DNA of 63,544 nt, counting the filler, from Dicyema japonicum (Eukaryota > Animalia > Dicyemida): NCBI GenBank assembly GCA_011109175.1. It is 4 parts of 4 records of this genome, joined end to end, with 100 filler letters (N's around TTAATTAATTAA, not from the genome) between each part and the next. Parts side by side here need not be neighbours in the genome. Positions count along the whole stretch, not along the records: positions 15,373 to 46,478 come from RDEW01000044.1; positions 46,579 to 60,546 come from RDEW01000080.1; 2 more parts are not named here. One strand, 5' to 3'. This document shows, one piece after another, positions 38,990-52,924 of the stretch. Position 1 is the stretch's first letter; each line of letters opens with the position of its first letter. The notes below the pieces were generated by a model. It was not told the DNA's origin. It worked only from the letters and a program-made list of their open reading frames with translations, and made no database searches. The position numbers and the translations under genes are program-made.

Positions 38990-40849
38990 TCCTTACATGA
39001 TTACTTTTTGGTTATAATCTGTTTGAGACTTTTTGGTTTTTTTATTGCGAAAAGTATTTTAGTCCGCATGCATTATATAGGAACTGACTCTCAGTAAGAG
39101 GGCCTTGTCATTTGTCCTGCTATTTTCTATATAAGCTAACGGACAATCGCTAATAATGATAATAGTTGTTTTAGCGACAAATAGACCGTTTGTTCTCACA
39201 TTTAAGCCTTTCTCTATTATTTATTTAACACACGGATAAACTGAATTGAATGCTGTCGGTGCATTACCTCACTTACATTGGTTATTGTGAGAATTGACTA
39301 AGGTAGCTTTCGGCAACCGTGCGCATAAAAACATTTTCAAAATAGTATTTTTTATACCAAAATGTTTTTTATGTATATTTAGACTAAATAATATTTAAAT
39401 GGTATTTTAAATTAAATTGTCTTTTTGTCGGTTACCCATCCCGTACTGGTCACCTGTCAAACGAGCTATCTCCTGTCATTCAATCAATATTAATTAGTTC
39501 CTATTCAAAAATTAAAGAATTTATTTTGTTAAAAAGTCTACATTGCCTTGAGTCATGTTGACTATTTTTAATTCTCCTGAACGTGCCTTAATCAGTTGTC
39601 ACAATACAATATTAAATAAATCTCTATGTATTTGAATAATTTCAATTGCTTCAACATATGGAGATTCAAATCTGCCCAACTCTAGCGATAGACTCTCATA
39701 ATCCTTTAGAAATGGTATCTAAAATTATTCTTTAAAATTACTTCATTTCCAATAAAAAGTCATATTTTGATTGATGAACGTTCATTCTTTTGTCATCCGC
39801 CTATAATAGGCAGAATTCAAATTTGATGGAAAAAAATCATATCAAAATTATCTGCATCTAAGTCAGATCAAGTTTGCATACTTTATACAATAATTACCTG
39901 AAACATCTGAATTATGTTCGACGTCAAATCCTCTGATGATCGTGGTAGGCAGAATTCAAATTTGATAGAAAAAATTCATATCAAAATTATCTGCATCTAA
40001 GTCAGATCAAGTTTGCATACTTTATACAATAATTACCTGAAACATCTGAATTATGTTCGACGTCAAATCCTCTGATGATCGTGGAAAACATCATCCGCAT
40101 TCTCACTTTCTATGAAATTAAAAAATAATTAACTTTTATACTCACGAATGTGTGTGCTTATTCCAGAGACTCCTTGGAGTAACATTTTTAGAAAAATGAC
40201 TCGTGGTGTTATATGTAAACGTGTTTTTATGACTTTCTTTCCAGTCTTTAGTTGATTCTTCAACCATTAACTTTGAAAGATTTCTTGTCAAATTTCTTAA
40301 CATCTATAAGGTCTGCTTGGAATCGTTCATTAAGTCTTTTGACAATCAATCACATTGTATTTAGAATCGGAAACCTATAAATTAATTTTCTACTTCAAGT
40401 GGAATAAAAAATTGCAAATTGTGCACTCTTGGACAATTCTGTTTTATTGAAAAATAGTAGTCCAAACATTCATGCTGCAGTCTACGATTCCCGAAAGGCT
40501 ATTTCTGGATAGACTCTGCAATAGTTCGCATCTCCGATACGCTATTCATGCGCAAACTAATTTTTCGTCTTTGAAGTATAACCGACCATAAGTGACAATA
40601 CATTTCTCAGATTTTTTCATTTATTTTTATTTCTCTTCTTTTGAAAATGTATGTACAGGATCACCATTAGGAATGCTCACTATGGAGTGATATTACATAA
40701 TATTAGTACAAAGTCTATGATTATTATATAAAGGGATAAACTTTTAATAGAGCACATGTTGAATTTTTATGAACATCAATTTTACTATAAGCTAGATTAT
40801 GAGTTGACTATAGGGATTATATTAGTCCGCTTTTACGGCCTGCACACTT

Positions 40850-43800
40850 ATAACTTCCCCCATCTCCTTAATTTCTATGCGTTCTTTCGCAGGAGTTCCC
40901 AAATCCTGTTTTCCACAATCTGCTTCACTGGGGCAAGAGTCCCATCCTTCTCAATGCTCATGACATGTTGTAGTCTTTGCATTGACACCCATCTTACGTG
41001 TCCAAATGAGCACCTGCAACGTCTTTTTTCTACTCAGCTTAACGTCCTCAAAAATGAACCTCAATGATCGACTGTTACACCCAGGTATGGGAACAAACAA
41101 ACTCTCGGAATTCTCAGAGTTTAGGCTGTACGTGAACTTACATAGATTCTTAGAATTTGACTTCTCTCTTGAAAGCTTTATCCCTTTCCGGACACAACAG
41201 TCTTGCAATTAGTTAATCAATATCATGATTCTCTTCTCGGATAGAATCGACGTCCAGACATATCCATAGTGATGATGTCATTTTCGTATAGTAACAGTTT
41301 CAAATTCGGGTCCGACGGGGTTGGGAGTCCTACAAGAAGATGTAAATAATAGTAGGCTGAGAACAGATCCATAGTGAACGCTTGTCATTTGAAGCCTAGT
41401 CGTTCGGCTAGGAACTCTCTTAGCCATACGAATAGTTGTTTTAGAATATCAGTAGCTACAAGCCTTGATATCAGAGCTTCGTGCCACACAACATCGAAGG
41501 CCTTAGATAAATCTAGGCACACTACATTTAGTTGTCTCTTGAGTGTTGTCCCTTTTAGTTCCTCAACATACATTTGGTGAATGCNTGAACGCCTGTCATT
41601 TGAAGCGTAGTCGTTCGGCTAGGAACTCTCTTAGCCATACGAATAGTTGTTTTAGAATATCAGTAGCTACAAGCCTTGATATCAGAGCTTCGTGCCACAC
41701 AACATCGAAGGCCTTGGATAAATCTAGGCACACTATGTTTAGTTGTCTCTTGAGTGTTTGGTGAATGCAGTCGGTACAAGATTTTCCAGGTTTGAAAGCT
41801 CATTGTTCTGCGAGGATAAAATCGCTCTCTTCTATATACAGCCTCTCGTAGACAATTCGCTAAATAATATCGGATATCAAGCATATAAGGCTCATCGGCC
41901 AATAGCTGATGGCCCCTCTCCGACTTTCCTAGTCTAAGAATCATTTTGACTACAGATTTTTCACCATTTTGGAACATATCCGTACTTTATACTTGCGCTG
42001 AACAGACTTTTTAGGACGAGCACTAAGGCCACGGTCCTTCTTTAAACATTTTAATGTTAACGTGATCGAAACCCGGAGGAGCCATGACCTCTTTGAGGGT
42101 GATTTTCTTCTCAACATCCTTGAGGTCGTTTAGTGAGTAATTGCATGCTTATGTTCACATGGGTTGATTCCATAGATTTTGTCCAATTGACTTTTTTAAA
42201 AAATTAAAGACTTCTTCCTCAGAGTGAAAAACCCCATCTGGGTTGTTAAGAACAATCTTCCTTTAATCCAGCGTTTCACGATTCGTTTTGAGTTTGCGTT
42301 TTGCCTCCGTGGATAGAACTAAAATGTCTATTTAGCATCGATGGTATCAAATTTAAATTATAAAAAATTGCATAGCAAAGCACGCAGTGGGGTCAATCGA
42401 TTTCATCAATAATTATTTATGAAAACCATTTTCAACATAGTCTTCTTTCTATTTTCGAATTTTAACACACGTTGACAAATAACCACGAGTTTTTTATTTC
42501 CAACATTTAATAATAAATTATTAAAAAATATAAGTTTATTTAAATTCTCTTGTTATATATTTTATTTAAAGTTCATTTGCATATATGTACAAGTAATCAT
42601 GATTTTTAAATTATTTCTCGCACCCTTAGGGTGTGCTCGCACACCCAATCGGGAAGCGATGCTTTAATCATTTCTCTGACCAGTTAATCTCTTGTAAATT
42701 GTCCACAAGGAGGGATCTCTGGCATCCAATTTGGTAGCCCCGTGCCTCTATCCAAGCTCCATAGCCATTTTCGTTCTCGTTTCGATGGCTCTTTCTTGTA
42801 AATTGTCTACCAGGAGGGATCTCTGGCATCCAATTTGGTAGCCCCGTGCCTCTATCTATGCTCCATAGCCATTTTCGTTCTCGTTTCGATGGCTCTTTTG
42901 GTTATTTGAGCTCTTCTGTGAGCTCCATGTGGACCATCCGATCAACACATCTTTTTAACTTCTTTCTCAGTCGATTTCTTTCTTTAATCAGTCCCAAGGT
43001 AATAGGCGAAATGTCAATACTATTCTTACGGTTTCCATTGGCGAATATCTTCTTAGCTTGTTTCTGAGATAATTTCGGTATTGTTCCCAGTAGTTATGTG
43101 ATATGCCATATTTTATGAAGATTTCTTCAATGACATCTAATACTAGGTTCAGGACCACTTTTTTTGGTATAAGGTCATTACCGATATCCCACATACTTCT
43201 TAGTCTCATCACATAAATGTACAGTAGCGGTGATACAAGGAAAACAGCAAGCATGTCTCCACCATAATGAGAGAAATGGTTGGGCTCATCTGATGTCAAA
43301 GCCAGCTCTCTCAGCCAAGATTTTCAGTCTTCGTCAGTCACCATTGGTTTTGTAGCATCCGTACTAACGTTCTGCATTTAGGTCGCCCACCAGAATGGAC
43401 ATTTTATTTCCTCCAAAAAAATTCGTTAATCTTTGTAGAACAGTTTCTTAAATCCTTTGATATTTATCCACGAATCGCATCACATTTTTGTTTAGCTTCT
43501 AATATCACAGCCATCCTCCATATCTAGCCTCGTGTTTACAAAACTCACATTTGACGCAGATTGTTTTTGATCCCGAATCCATCTTGCATTCGGAACTGTC
43601 NGCCATCCTCCATATCTAGCCTCGTGTTTACAAAACTCACATTTGACGCAGATTGTTTTTGATCCCGAATCCATCTTGCATTCGGAACTGTCGTTTCTCT
43701 TGCACATCGGAAGCACTTCTTCCTCTCCTTGCATTGATATGTGAAGTGACCGATTTGTTGGTAGTTATAGTAAATAAACAGGCCTCTCCGCATCCATTCG

Positions 43801-44070
43801 CAAGTGACCACGTTTCTTCAAATGAAAAACTCGCAGAGGACTAACGATGTGGCCTCTGCTTTGTGTCCTACCGACCCCTCTTCCATTGTAAAAGTCTGTC
43901 CTTCTCTTAACATTCGAGATACCTTTGTAGTGATAGTTCATCTATTTGAGGTAGTTCAGGAGGTCGCTGTCCTCAAACCAAAGGGGAAAGTTCTTCATTA
44001 AAATTTTGATGGCCTTGAGGTGGTCTTTCTAACCGGGTGATTGTCCGGTACAGAGGGACAAGTATCGTTA
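40850..44070 (-). mobile_element. Jockey/I-like LINE (ORF1 gag knuckles + APE + RT), decayed
   Basis: Encodes YNYQQIGHFTYQC...KCFRCA, EPNHFSHYGGDML and CLDLSKAFDVVWHEAL, with RT C-terminal remnants near 40950-41300. Confidence 0.8.
42334..42667. mobile_element. Possible short non-autonomous DNA element inserted in the LINE
   Basis: An AT-rich ~330-nt block interrupts the LINE coding sequence. It is bounded by AGCATCG/CGATGCT, ends at TTAA, and has a subterminal hairpin GGGTGTGC-TC-GCACACCC (42629-42646). Confidence 0.4.
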
Positions 44071-44179
44071 ACATATAAAGGCTCTATCTACAGATCAAGA
44101 TGATGTTTGACATTGTGGCAAAATGCAATAATTCTGATTGCAAAATTTTGGTTAGTGAGCTAAATTATTGTTAAAAAAT

Positions 44180-44430
44180 TCATTTAAGATCCTGTTCAGA
44201 GCCACGGGTAGAGTGACTCTGGGTCATTTTCTGAACGGTAGTTTGTTCTCATTGTTAAAGTAATTGTCCATTATTATATTTGCAGCGGCGTTTATGTCCA
44301 TTCTAAGCACGTGCCCAAACAATCTCTATCTTGATTCAATAATGTCAATAGTGAACTCAATGATATTTTTAAAAACCACTTATTGTAATCTCTTTTCTAT
44401 GTAATTCTCATTATCGTCCTTGTCATTTAA
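44180..44430 (-). mobile_element. RTE-like 3' fragment
   Basis: IIESR.RLFGHVLRMDINAAAN..MDNYF. Confidence 0.65.
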
Positions 44431-45939
44431 TTAATTCACTAATCTGTGGGTTGCGATGTTTGAAGAAGAACCACAATTTAAAAAAAAAAACATTTTATTG
44501 ACAAAAAAAGATTTAAATAATTGCGTATGTGTTCCACGTAAAACGGCAATCCCGATTAGTTGTCTTAGCCAGAAAGAATCGCAGGTTTTTATTTCGGCTT
44601 ATTTTGTAGGGGAACCATTTCAAAAGCAAGTCTATTTAGATGGGGGAGGAAAGAGGTTCTTTTGTTACAATTTGTAATGGGTGACAACTGTTCCGGTGAG
44701 CCACATGACACAACGCAACCTCACCTTAAGATTTTTTAAAGTGGATATTTTCCCAATCAGAGTAATGCTTGTGTAACTTGCATAGTCAAACTTTTTTGAT
44801 TATCGTTTTTTACCCATACAACAAACTTAGCAAATTTTACTAACAGGCAAATCAAAGAGGTTATTAGTTACAAACTCTACAATCATCACATTAAAGAGAT
44901 CCAGACAGTTTGCACATCTACAGAAAGTGAAGCGTAGTATATTCCTCCAGCTTTTGAATACTCTGGAAATGTGTTTATCCAAATTTCTGTCACATCGAAT
45001 ATGGGAGCTATCAAAATTTCAAACGTGCTATACTCGTTCGACTTGACAGGATTTTAGATTGAGCCACAAAAGCGCTCCAATGTTGTGTGGTGGTAGCGAT
45101 GATTACTCCAATGTTGTGTGGTAGTGATATTTAGTCAATCATAGCCAATTTGCAAAACTTTTCTCCATACTGATGATTTTGATGGTATAACTTTGATTGA
45201 AATTACCCGATTATTGATTTGGCGGTAATTTTAGACAATGTCTGGTGGATATGAGGAGGCTGAGTTGTTGCATCGATAATAGAAGATGTAATTATTTCCT
45301 AACATTTTAGATTAACACTCCGTCATAGCAAAGTATAAATACCCCAATTATGATTCGATTGATTTATGGCTATTAGTGAGCCCACATTACATAGACTGGG
45401 GTTACTTTGCATATATTTGTTACTACAGAACTGCAATAGCTTGGCCAAAATGGAAGAATTCAGTAAATAAAATTGTCAGTTTGATGACAGGGCTGTGAGA
45501 ATTTAGGATTATTCTGCGTTCAACTAGTTAAGTATTTGAGGAGTAGAATTTCCATAACGATCTTGTCACTTCCACTCGGGAAAAGTTTGATGATTTCATC
45601 TTCAAATCAGTGACCCATATAGATTTTGTTACTCACTTTAGGCTGGTCGGGGCTTATTCATTACCTATGGTCAACTATGGGGACGAAGATACTTAACCTT
45701 AGAGATCTACTTGATGATGACTTTACTTCTGGAAGAGACCTCTTTTTCAATGTGACATATTTGCATGTTAACAGAAGATGCAAAGCCTTGTCCAATATGT
45801 GAGGGTTGAACGAAGTAATAGTAATATCAAAGTATCATAACATTTTCTCTCCCTCTTTGACTCCTTCTGCGTAGTTAATGTATATATAAATAAAATGAGA
45901 CTCTGGGTTGCCATACGTTTCCAAATTTGCTTCACTAGG

Positions 45940-46478
45940 CGTCTCCATCGACGTCTGCTTGCGCATCTGTCCATAGATCTTCTAGGTCTTCCAAGATTTC
46001 TTTCAATTCCATTAAGATCCTTCTTTTGATCATGGGGAGGATGCTTCTAGGCCTTCCTCTGAACGATGGTTTGTTTCTTTGTTAAAGTAATTGTACATTA
46101 TTGTATTTGCAAGGGGAGTTTATGTCTTTTTACGTGCCAAAACAATCTCCATCTTGATTCAATAATGTCGATGCTTATGGATTACATTGTGCCTTAGACT
46201 ATATTGAAATGTTCTTGGTCCAACCTAGGCCCATTAAATTGAGTAATTGTTTTCGATGAAATTTATCCATTTTCTTAAGCTCTAGTTCTGTGACCCTCTA
46301 TCTACCCGAGTTGTACTAAGCAGTTTTCGCCGACTCCATATCTTATGCATTTTCTTATACATGGCAGTGGCTAGAACTCTTCTATACATAATGTCCTCAC
46401 TATTACCAAGTAAGGATCCTAATTTCCTTTTTTTCCTCCAATTTTCATCATATATTTTAATTCCCTTGTAATTCTTAT
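45940..46478 (-). mobile_element. RTE-like 3' fragment
   Basis: Encodes KLGSLLG, YNSG, FHRKQL and FRGRPRSILP. Confidence 0.7.
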
Positions 46479-46578
46479 NNNNNNNNNNNNNNNNNNNNNN
46501 NNNNNNNNNNNNNNNNNNNNNNTTAATTAATTAANNNNNNNNNNNNNNNNNNNNNNNNNNNNNNNNNNNNNNNNNNNN
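46479..46578. other. Artificial scaffold linker
   Basis: N44-TTAATTAATTAA-N44. Confidence 0.97.
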
Positions 46579-47006
46579 CTTCCCTTTTCTTTTTCAGTCG
46601 GTATATCATTCCTTTAGAGATGTTAAATCTTTCACAAATCAATTTATCCTTAGAGACCTGACTGTACATCCTTGCAAATTCTGATCTTTTCACTTTGATT
46701 TAGTTTTCTAGTCATTCGCTTTCTAAAATTTATAGAATAACTTTAAAAATTGATAATTACAATTCATTACCAGTTTCATTAGTTAACTAACTACTTACCA
46801 GGTTAAATAAAATTCAAAATTATTAATAATAAATTTGGTAAAACAGGTTAGAATAAATAAATAATAATAAACCAAAAATTATAGAAATATCTTAATGAAT
46901 CGTTTATAATTATATAAAATTTTTCCCAGTATAGGGATGGCGAAAACATTACCTAAAAAAGAGGGTTTCCCAGCTACTTGAGTTTTCCCAATTCGGGGTC
47001 GCACTG
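46579..47006 (-). mobile_element. Tigger/pogo transposon 5' end
   Basis: The TIR is TA|CAGTGCGACCCCGAATTGGG. An ATG at 46715 begins MTRKLNQSEKIRICKDVQSG...CERFNISKGMIYRLK (HTH-like, frameshifted). Confidence 0.7.
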
Positions 47007-47479
47007 TAGTATTAATGTTTTTTTAGCTTTACCTACAGAAAACATTAAAAATTGAAAATTGGTCTAAATAAAATTGGTCGAAATATCCTTTTTTGAGTTA
47101 AAAATCCTCTTGCGAACAAACATTGCAAGAGGGGAGTTAAATATCATTCATGGAAAAAATAGTCTGGAGAACATAAAACGGAAATGTCTTAACGAAAGCT
47201 TATTTTAGTTTCCATCAACATCAGAGATGCGAGGGTATTCCATTGGTTGCTACAAAGGAAGAGGATTGAAGACTGATATTTACGTAACTTTGGCTCATTC
47301 TATTTAATTTTATTTCTAGTAATCATTAATAACGCAGTCTTTTTGTTCACTTAAGTTAGTGATGTAGGTTGTAATTAATAGCAAATCACCTCCCCCATTC
47401 ATTAGTTTCGAATTAATTTGAATTTATTTATGTTTAGGCTAAGAGCCAAATGACTTAGAATTAACATCAGATGCAGACT

Positions 47480-47995
47480 TTACAACGCGTTTGTGAAACC
47501 GATCCTACTGTACAACGCTGGGACATGGAAAAGTTCCTTTCAACAAACTATTGATACTGGATTCTTCCCATAGAAAGCAAATAAGAAGCTTACTCGGAAT
47601 GGTGAGGCCACGTAGAATATCAACCACTGGTATCTACAACAAGTGTATGTGTTCTTCCATCAGCAAGGATGTGATTGATGCCCGGTGGAAGGTATTTGGG
47701 CAAGTACTAAAATAAACCCGGACGCCCCCGCTAACAAAGCGATGGAACATTACTTTGACAGTTGCGACAAACCTTCCGCGGACGACCTAGATCGACACTT
47801 CCAACTGCCTTAAACAAAGATCTAAATAGTATGAGAAAAAATCTAAAAACGGGGGACGACTTGGACGAATTGAGATCACTCGCATTCGACAGAGGAAGAA
47901 TGATAAAACTAACTATAAATATTGTTTCTTTAGTGTTGCACATGCGGGGCTATAAACATTATGGCTTTCGTAAAAGTGCCATAATAATTATGTTT
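47480..47995 (+). mobile_element. RTE-like 3' fragment
   Basis: Encodes LYNAFVKPILLYNAGTW, HRKQIR and FRGRPRSTLP. Confidence 0.8.
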
Positions 47996-48066
47996 TAGGT
48001 GATTGACTTTCATTTTTTTAAGGAAAAGTGCTTTTTGGTTACTCAGTTGAATCGAAAATCAACTGT

Positions 48067-50340
48067 TCAAAACATATTCAGAACTCGAATTCTAGTCACT
48101 AGGTGACCGGGAATCTCTCGGTGCAGACTCAAGATAAATAATAAATAGAATAGGAGACAACGAATCTCCTTGTGGAACTCCCCGAGTGGTTTAAAAAAAT
48201 TGGAAGCTGTATTTCCGATTTTGACAGCCAGGTGAGTATCTTCTAGGAGCGAGGAAATAATTCTAACATCATCCGTGTCTAGAAATGTATTCAGAATGTT
48301 ATTAAGTAGTCCCCTGTGTACAGAGTCGAATGCACGACTCATGTCGATCCCCAGAACTTCTATGCATTTTTTGTATTTCTGACATATAGCGCCAGACCAT
48401 CTGTGCGTCCATACTATGTCGGCAGTTGATCTTTTTTCCCTGAAACCGCTTTGTCCAGGCGATAAGAATTTGTCGACTTTTCCTTTGATTCGAATTAATA
48501 CAATGATAGAGAGGGTTTTCCGTAAGACCGGTAATAGAATTATTGGTCTTAGACTATTTGAGGGACCTCTAGGTTTCCCAGGTTTTGGTATTGGAATTAG
48601 CCATCCTCTCCCAATTCCAAGATCGTTTTTGTCTTTAAATGCTTTATTGAGTATGATGGTGATTATTTCACCCAATTCAGTGGGTCTACATTTTATTAAC
48701 TCTGCAGGTATATTATCAGCCGCTTTCCTGTAGTTTAGTTTTCCTATTGCCTTGATAGTTTCCGCGATAATAATGGGGCAGTCAAGAGGAGCCGTTGATG
48801 TTATTGGAGATTTGTTTTCAATTTCTTGATTGTTAATGATGTCATAGTAGTGTGAAGAGACTATGTTCGCCTTTTCAATAACATTTAATACTGATCGTCA
48901 ATGTTGGTCGTGAATAACAATATTCCCTGGACGTTTCTTTTGCTAATAATCCGAATGGTTTTGAACATTTTGGATCCGTTCTTATATTTCTTTATTTCAT
49001 CTGTTCCTCCACTTCCTTTTTTACTTGATATTTTTGAAGTTTTTTGATTTTTGTTAAAATTGAGTTACAAACTATTCCTAGCTCTTTTCTTAGACTCGGT
49101 ATTTTTGAATTATTAATTCTAATCCGCAAATTGTTTTGTTCTAAAGATAAGTATGATTTTTTTACTTGATATTTTTGAAGTTTTTTGATTTTTGTTAAAA
49201 TTGAGTTACAAACTATTCCTAGCTCTTTTCTTAGACTCGGTATTTTTGAATTATTAATTCTAATCCGCAAATTGTTTTGTTCTGAAGATAAGTATGATAT
49301 TTCTTCGTTGTTATATTTGAATTTGTTTTTGTGAGTAGTCCCCAAAACCAACGACGAGGTATTAATAATTGCAACACCAACGTCATTCCACAAATCCTGT
49401 GCAATATTGTTTGTCTTCATCTTGCTTAATTCCTTTCTGAGTTTTTCGACATACTCTTTCATCTTTATTTCATTGCTTATTACAGTTTCTGTATCCAATC
49501 TTTCGAATTCCGTTTTTCCATATCTTCCAGGTTTGGACAAACGTCCCAAAGAGAACCGAGTGAACACTAATTTGTGATCACTTGACGTTTCAAGCCCATC
49601 GTATGATCTCGAGTTTCGTATTAGGTTTTTGTTCCTTTTTCTGCACAAGATATAATCAATTTGATTATATATTTTAATCAAGTTGCCATTTATTCCCTTT
49701 CGTGAACCAATCCAGGAAGTTTTATGTCTTGCTGGGTGTTCAAAAGCAGTTTTCGTAATAAATAAGTTGTAGGATTCGCAGAATTGAACCAATGAGACAC
49801 CAGAGGATTTTCGATGATGTGATCCAATACAAGTCTCCCTATAACTTACTTTACCAACTCTGGTATTCCAGTCTCCACCATAAACGTCTGATATGACGAC
49901 GAAAGTGAGTCATATGTTCCTGTCAAACATGAGTAAAACGCACCAAGTTCTTCAGAATTGGCATCAGCTCGGACAGTGGTCGGAGCATAAACATTGATGA
50001 TAGAAATAAAAGAGTTGGGCTTTGTTCCAAACTTCAGTTGCATGACTTCAATACGATCCGAGATAGCCCATACGCGTGTCACACGGTCGTAAAGATCCCT
50101 GTGAACCGCAAATCCAAGACCATAATGTCGGCAGTCAGAGTCCAAAGTGATGATGTAGTAATCATCCAACTTCGTAATAGAATATGCTGTAATCTTTGTC
50201 TCTTAAATGCAGCAAATACTGACACCATGGATAGATAAATCACGTGCGAGTTGATGTTTTTTGGTGATGAACTTCAAGCCTCAAGTGTTGAAAGTACCAA
50301 GTGAGAATGGGCAACGAGTAATTAAGGTCGAAGAAGACAT
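48067..50340 (-). mobile_element. RTE-like LINE 5' part (APE + RT up to just before YADD)
   Basis: Encodes SLGTFN, NVYAPT, NQIDYIL, SDHKLV, PKPGK..LRPIILL, QSGFR, DMSRAFDSV and GVPQGDSLSP. Confidence 0.9.
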
Positions 50341-50374
50341 ATTTTCGCAAAGGGACGTCACCACCTCAACCAAA

Positions 50375-51115
50375 AATAACATTTTCCAAAAAATGGTTCT
50401 TGAAGATAAACACTAACAAAACGGAATTTACATCATTCAGCCGTGCAGAGGGGATATCCGACAAGACGTGGAGAAGACATTAGAAGGTCGGATAGCTCTT
50501 GGGGGACGAGGAAGATGTAGCTCGACGGAAAATCCTTGCATCTGGTGCTTTCAGAAGCCTATCAAAAATATGGAGTTCGGGTAGAAGACTTTGTGGAAAA
50601 ATAAAGCTTATGATATACAAATACTTCGTTGTGCCCATCCTAAAATATAACTGTGGGACATGGGGTTGTATATTTAAGTTTCGACCGCAGTATGCTTCGG
50701 AAGGCACTTAATATTCACTACAAAATGAAGATCAAAAACGAACAATTATATAAGTTGAGCAAAACAGAACCATTATCCATTGAAATCAGATGATTGAGAT
50801 GGAGACTGTTCGGTCACATTCTGAGGATGGACCTGGATGTCCCGGCAAATCACGTAATAGATGAATATTTCATGGAAAAAACAAAATCATTACGAGGAAG
50901 ACCTAGAACAACCTTACCTATCACGTTAAATGAGGACGAAAAAGCCATAGGCAGGGAGTTGAAAACAATAGATGACGTTGATGAACTAAGAGATCTTGCG
51001 AAACGGAGAGGCTTTTGGATGCGATTGGTGCAAAGGGTGGCCGGCACGGCACAAGGGAACCTTAATTGACTTTTGTTTTTTTATGTGTTCCCGGCAGTGC
51101 TGATAATAATAATAA
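50375..51115 (+). mobile_element. RTE-like LINE 3' part with (TAA)n tail
   Basis: Encodes KWFLKINTNKTE, GDEEDVARRK, YNCGTW, RWRLFGHILR and GRPRTTLP. The tail is TGATAATAATAATAA. Confidence 0.88.
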
Positions 51116-52119
51116 ACAGCAGATAGTTAGTTGCATAAAAAAAGATCCTAGGTTGTGGTTGACAGTAATAATCGCTTAATTTTCAATTGTTTGAATAAGT
51201 TTTTCGCAAAATGTACATTCCAGTAGGGAAGGCAGAGTTATCAAGTACCCTATACAAGAAGTCAAAGCCGAGCATGATCAGGTGAATCAATGGCATTTTT
51301 CAAAGCCTATCAACAGAGTCGGAAAATTATTCCGTAGCTAGTTGATCCACTGATTAAGTATTGCTTGTTCTTTAGTTATTTGATATTTTTTTCTCGGTGT
51401 ATCAGAAATAAATATAAGATTGAAAGTTGCCCTAAAAACATCATGTTGATCGGATTGCACGGCTATTTAAAATTACTTCGTTTATGAAAATGCCTGAACT
51501 TCAAATGAGGAATTCTATTTATAATCAGAAGGGCATTACCAATAACAAGACAGAGTCGACGATTAGATCAAAATGTGAGAAATTAAAGGTTTGTTAAAAA
51601 ATGATCATTGTCCAGTCTTGAATTCAGATATCTCAGAATTGTTGATGTCCTAAATATATTTCCGGTCTAAATCTTAACGTTTAATCTTACATTTTGTCAA
51701 TTAGCATTTCTGAGCAAAATTTATAAAGTTATGTTTTTTAAATGGAGTCATTCGAAAATAATCAGATGCAACAAATTCACACCGTCCAACCACCTCCACT
51801 TCGAAACCATCATTCTCCTAATAGAATCTTCTATTCTAAGTAAAAATCATGGAGGACGAGTTTTTTGGACTTGTGTGTAGTTTGTTCATCGTATCAAAAT
51901 GTTCAGGTTATCCAGTGAATTTTGTAAGCGGATACTCGTTGTGTGGATGCACTGGTCGGAATTGAATTTCAGCTTGTCTTGAAAGACACCACAACCATCA
52001 CACTATACCTGTCCAAATAACCATCATTTGAAATACCTTGATTTGGACTGATTTATCCGAGTGCAGAGGAATGGACATCACCTCTGCAATCACAGTTTGT
52101 CAATCTACTAATAAGGTGG

Positions 52120-52142
52120 AATAATAATAATAATAATAATAA
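52120..52142. repeat. (AAT)n microsatellite, possibly an RTE tail remnant
   Basis: AATAATAATAATAATAATAATAA. Confidence 0.8.
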
Positions 52143-52924
52143 CACCAGATACCACGATCACACAAACTAACTAATTACGTAATCCCATACGCTCTAGCAG
52201 GACCTTAGTTTGGCCCGATGCTCCTTACTCGTCCCTGCACAAGCCCGTATTCAGAATTATTACTATCAATATGAATTTTGAAACTGGAACCAAAGTCCTG
52301 GTGTTGATTTTTAGATATAAGCCTAGGAGAAAAGGGCATACAGAGTAACGGAAGACTGGTTTTCCCTAATAAAATGCCCAGCACAGACGCTTTCGGAGTA
52401 TTGCAATGCGGATAAAAGACAGTTTTCTATCCAGTACGAGTTAGTGTGGGTTCAAGAGAAGAATGTCGTTCCAAGTTGATGGCATGTTTGAACGTTTTGG
52501 GTTCAAATAGTTATGGGTTTTTACATTGGACTTGACATGATAAAAAATAACTACTCATAGTCGTACAAGCTATTGTGGTACACATTATTAATTTATTTTG
52601 AGCGAAGTGGACTGTAAAGGCAGCCTATATTATAAATTGGAAAATTGTTGTCTTGCTAGTATGTCCGAAATATTGATCATAGAATAATAATGCTTGGGGA
52701 CCTAGTTCATTTTTTATCAGCTTCGACGAATTGGTCGTCTACTGTTAGCCAAAGATCTTTTATGTTGAACTAAAGGGGTTTCCGATGCCAAATTTATTGA
52801 TAATTCATCTGGTATACTTTGTTACAATTGACAAAATTCAAAATTTTGTAAGTTTTCGAATATCGACTGTAGTTCAAATAATATAATAAATTCAAATAAA
52901 TTGAAGACTGTTTACGAATGAAAA

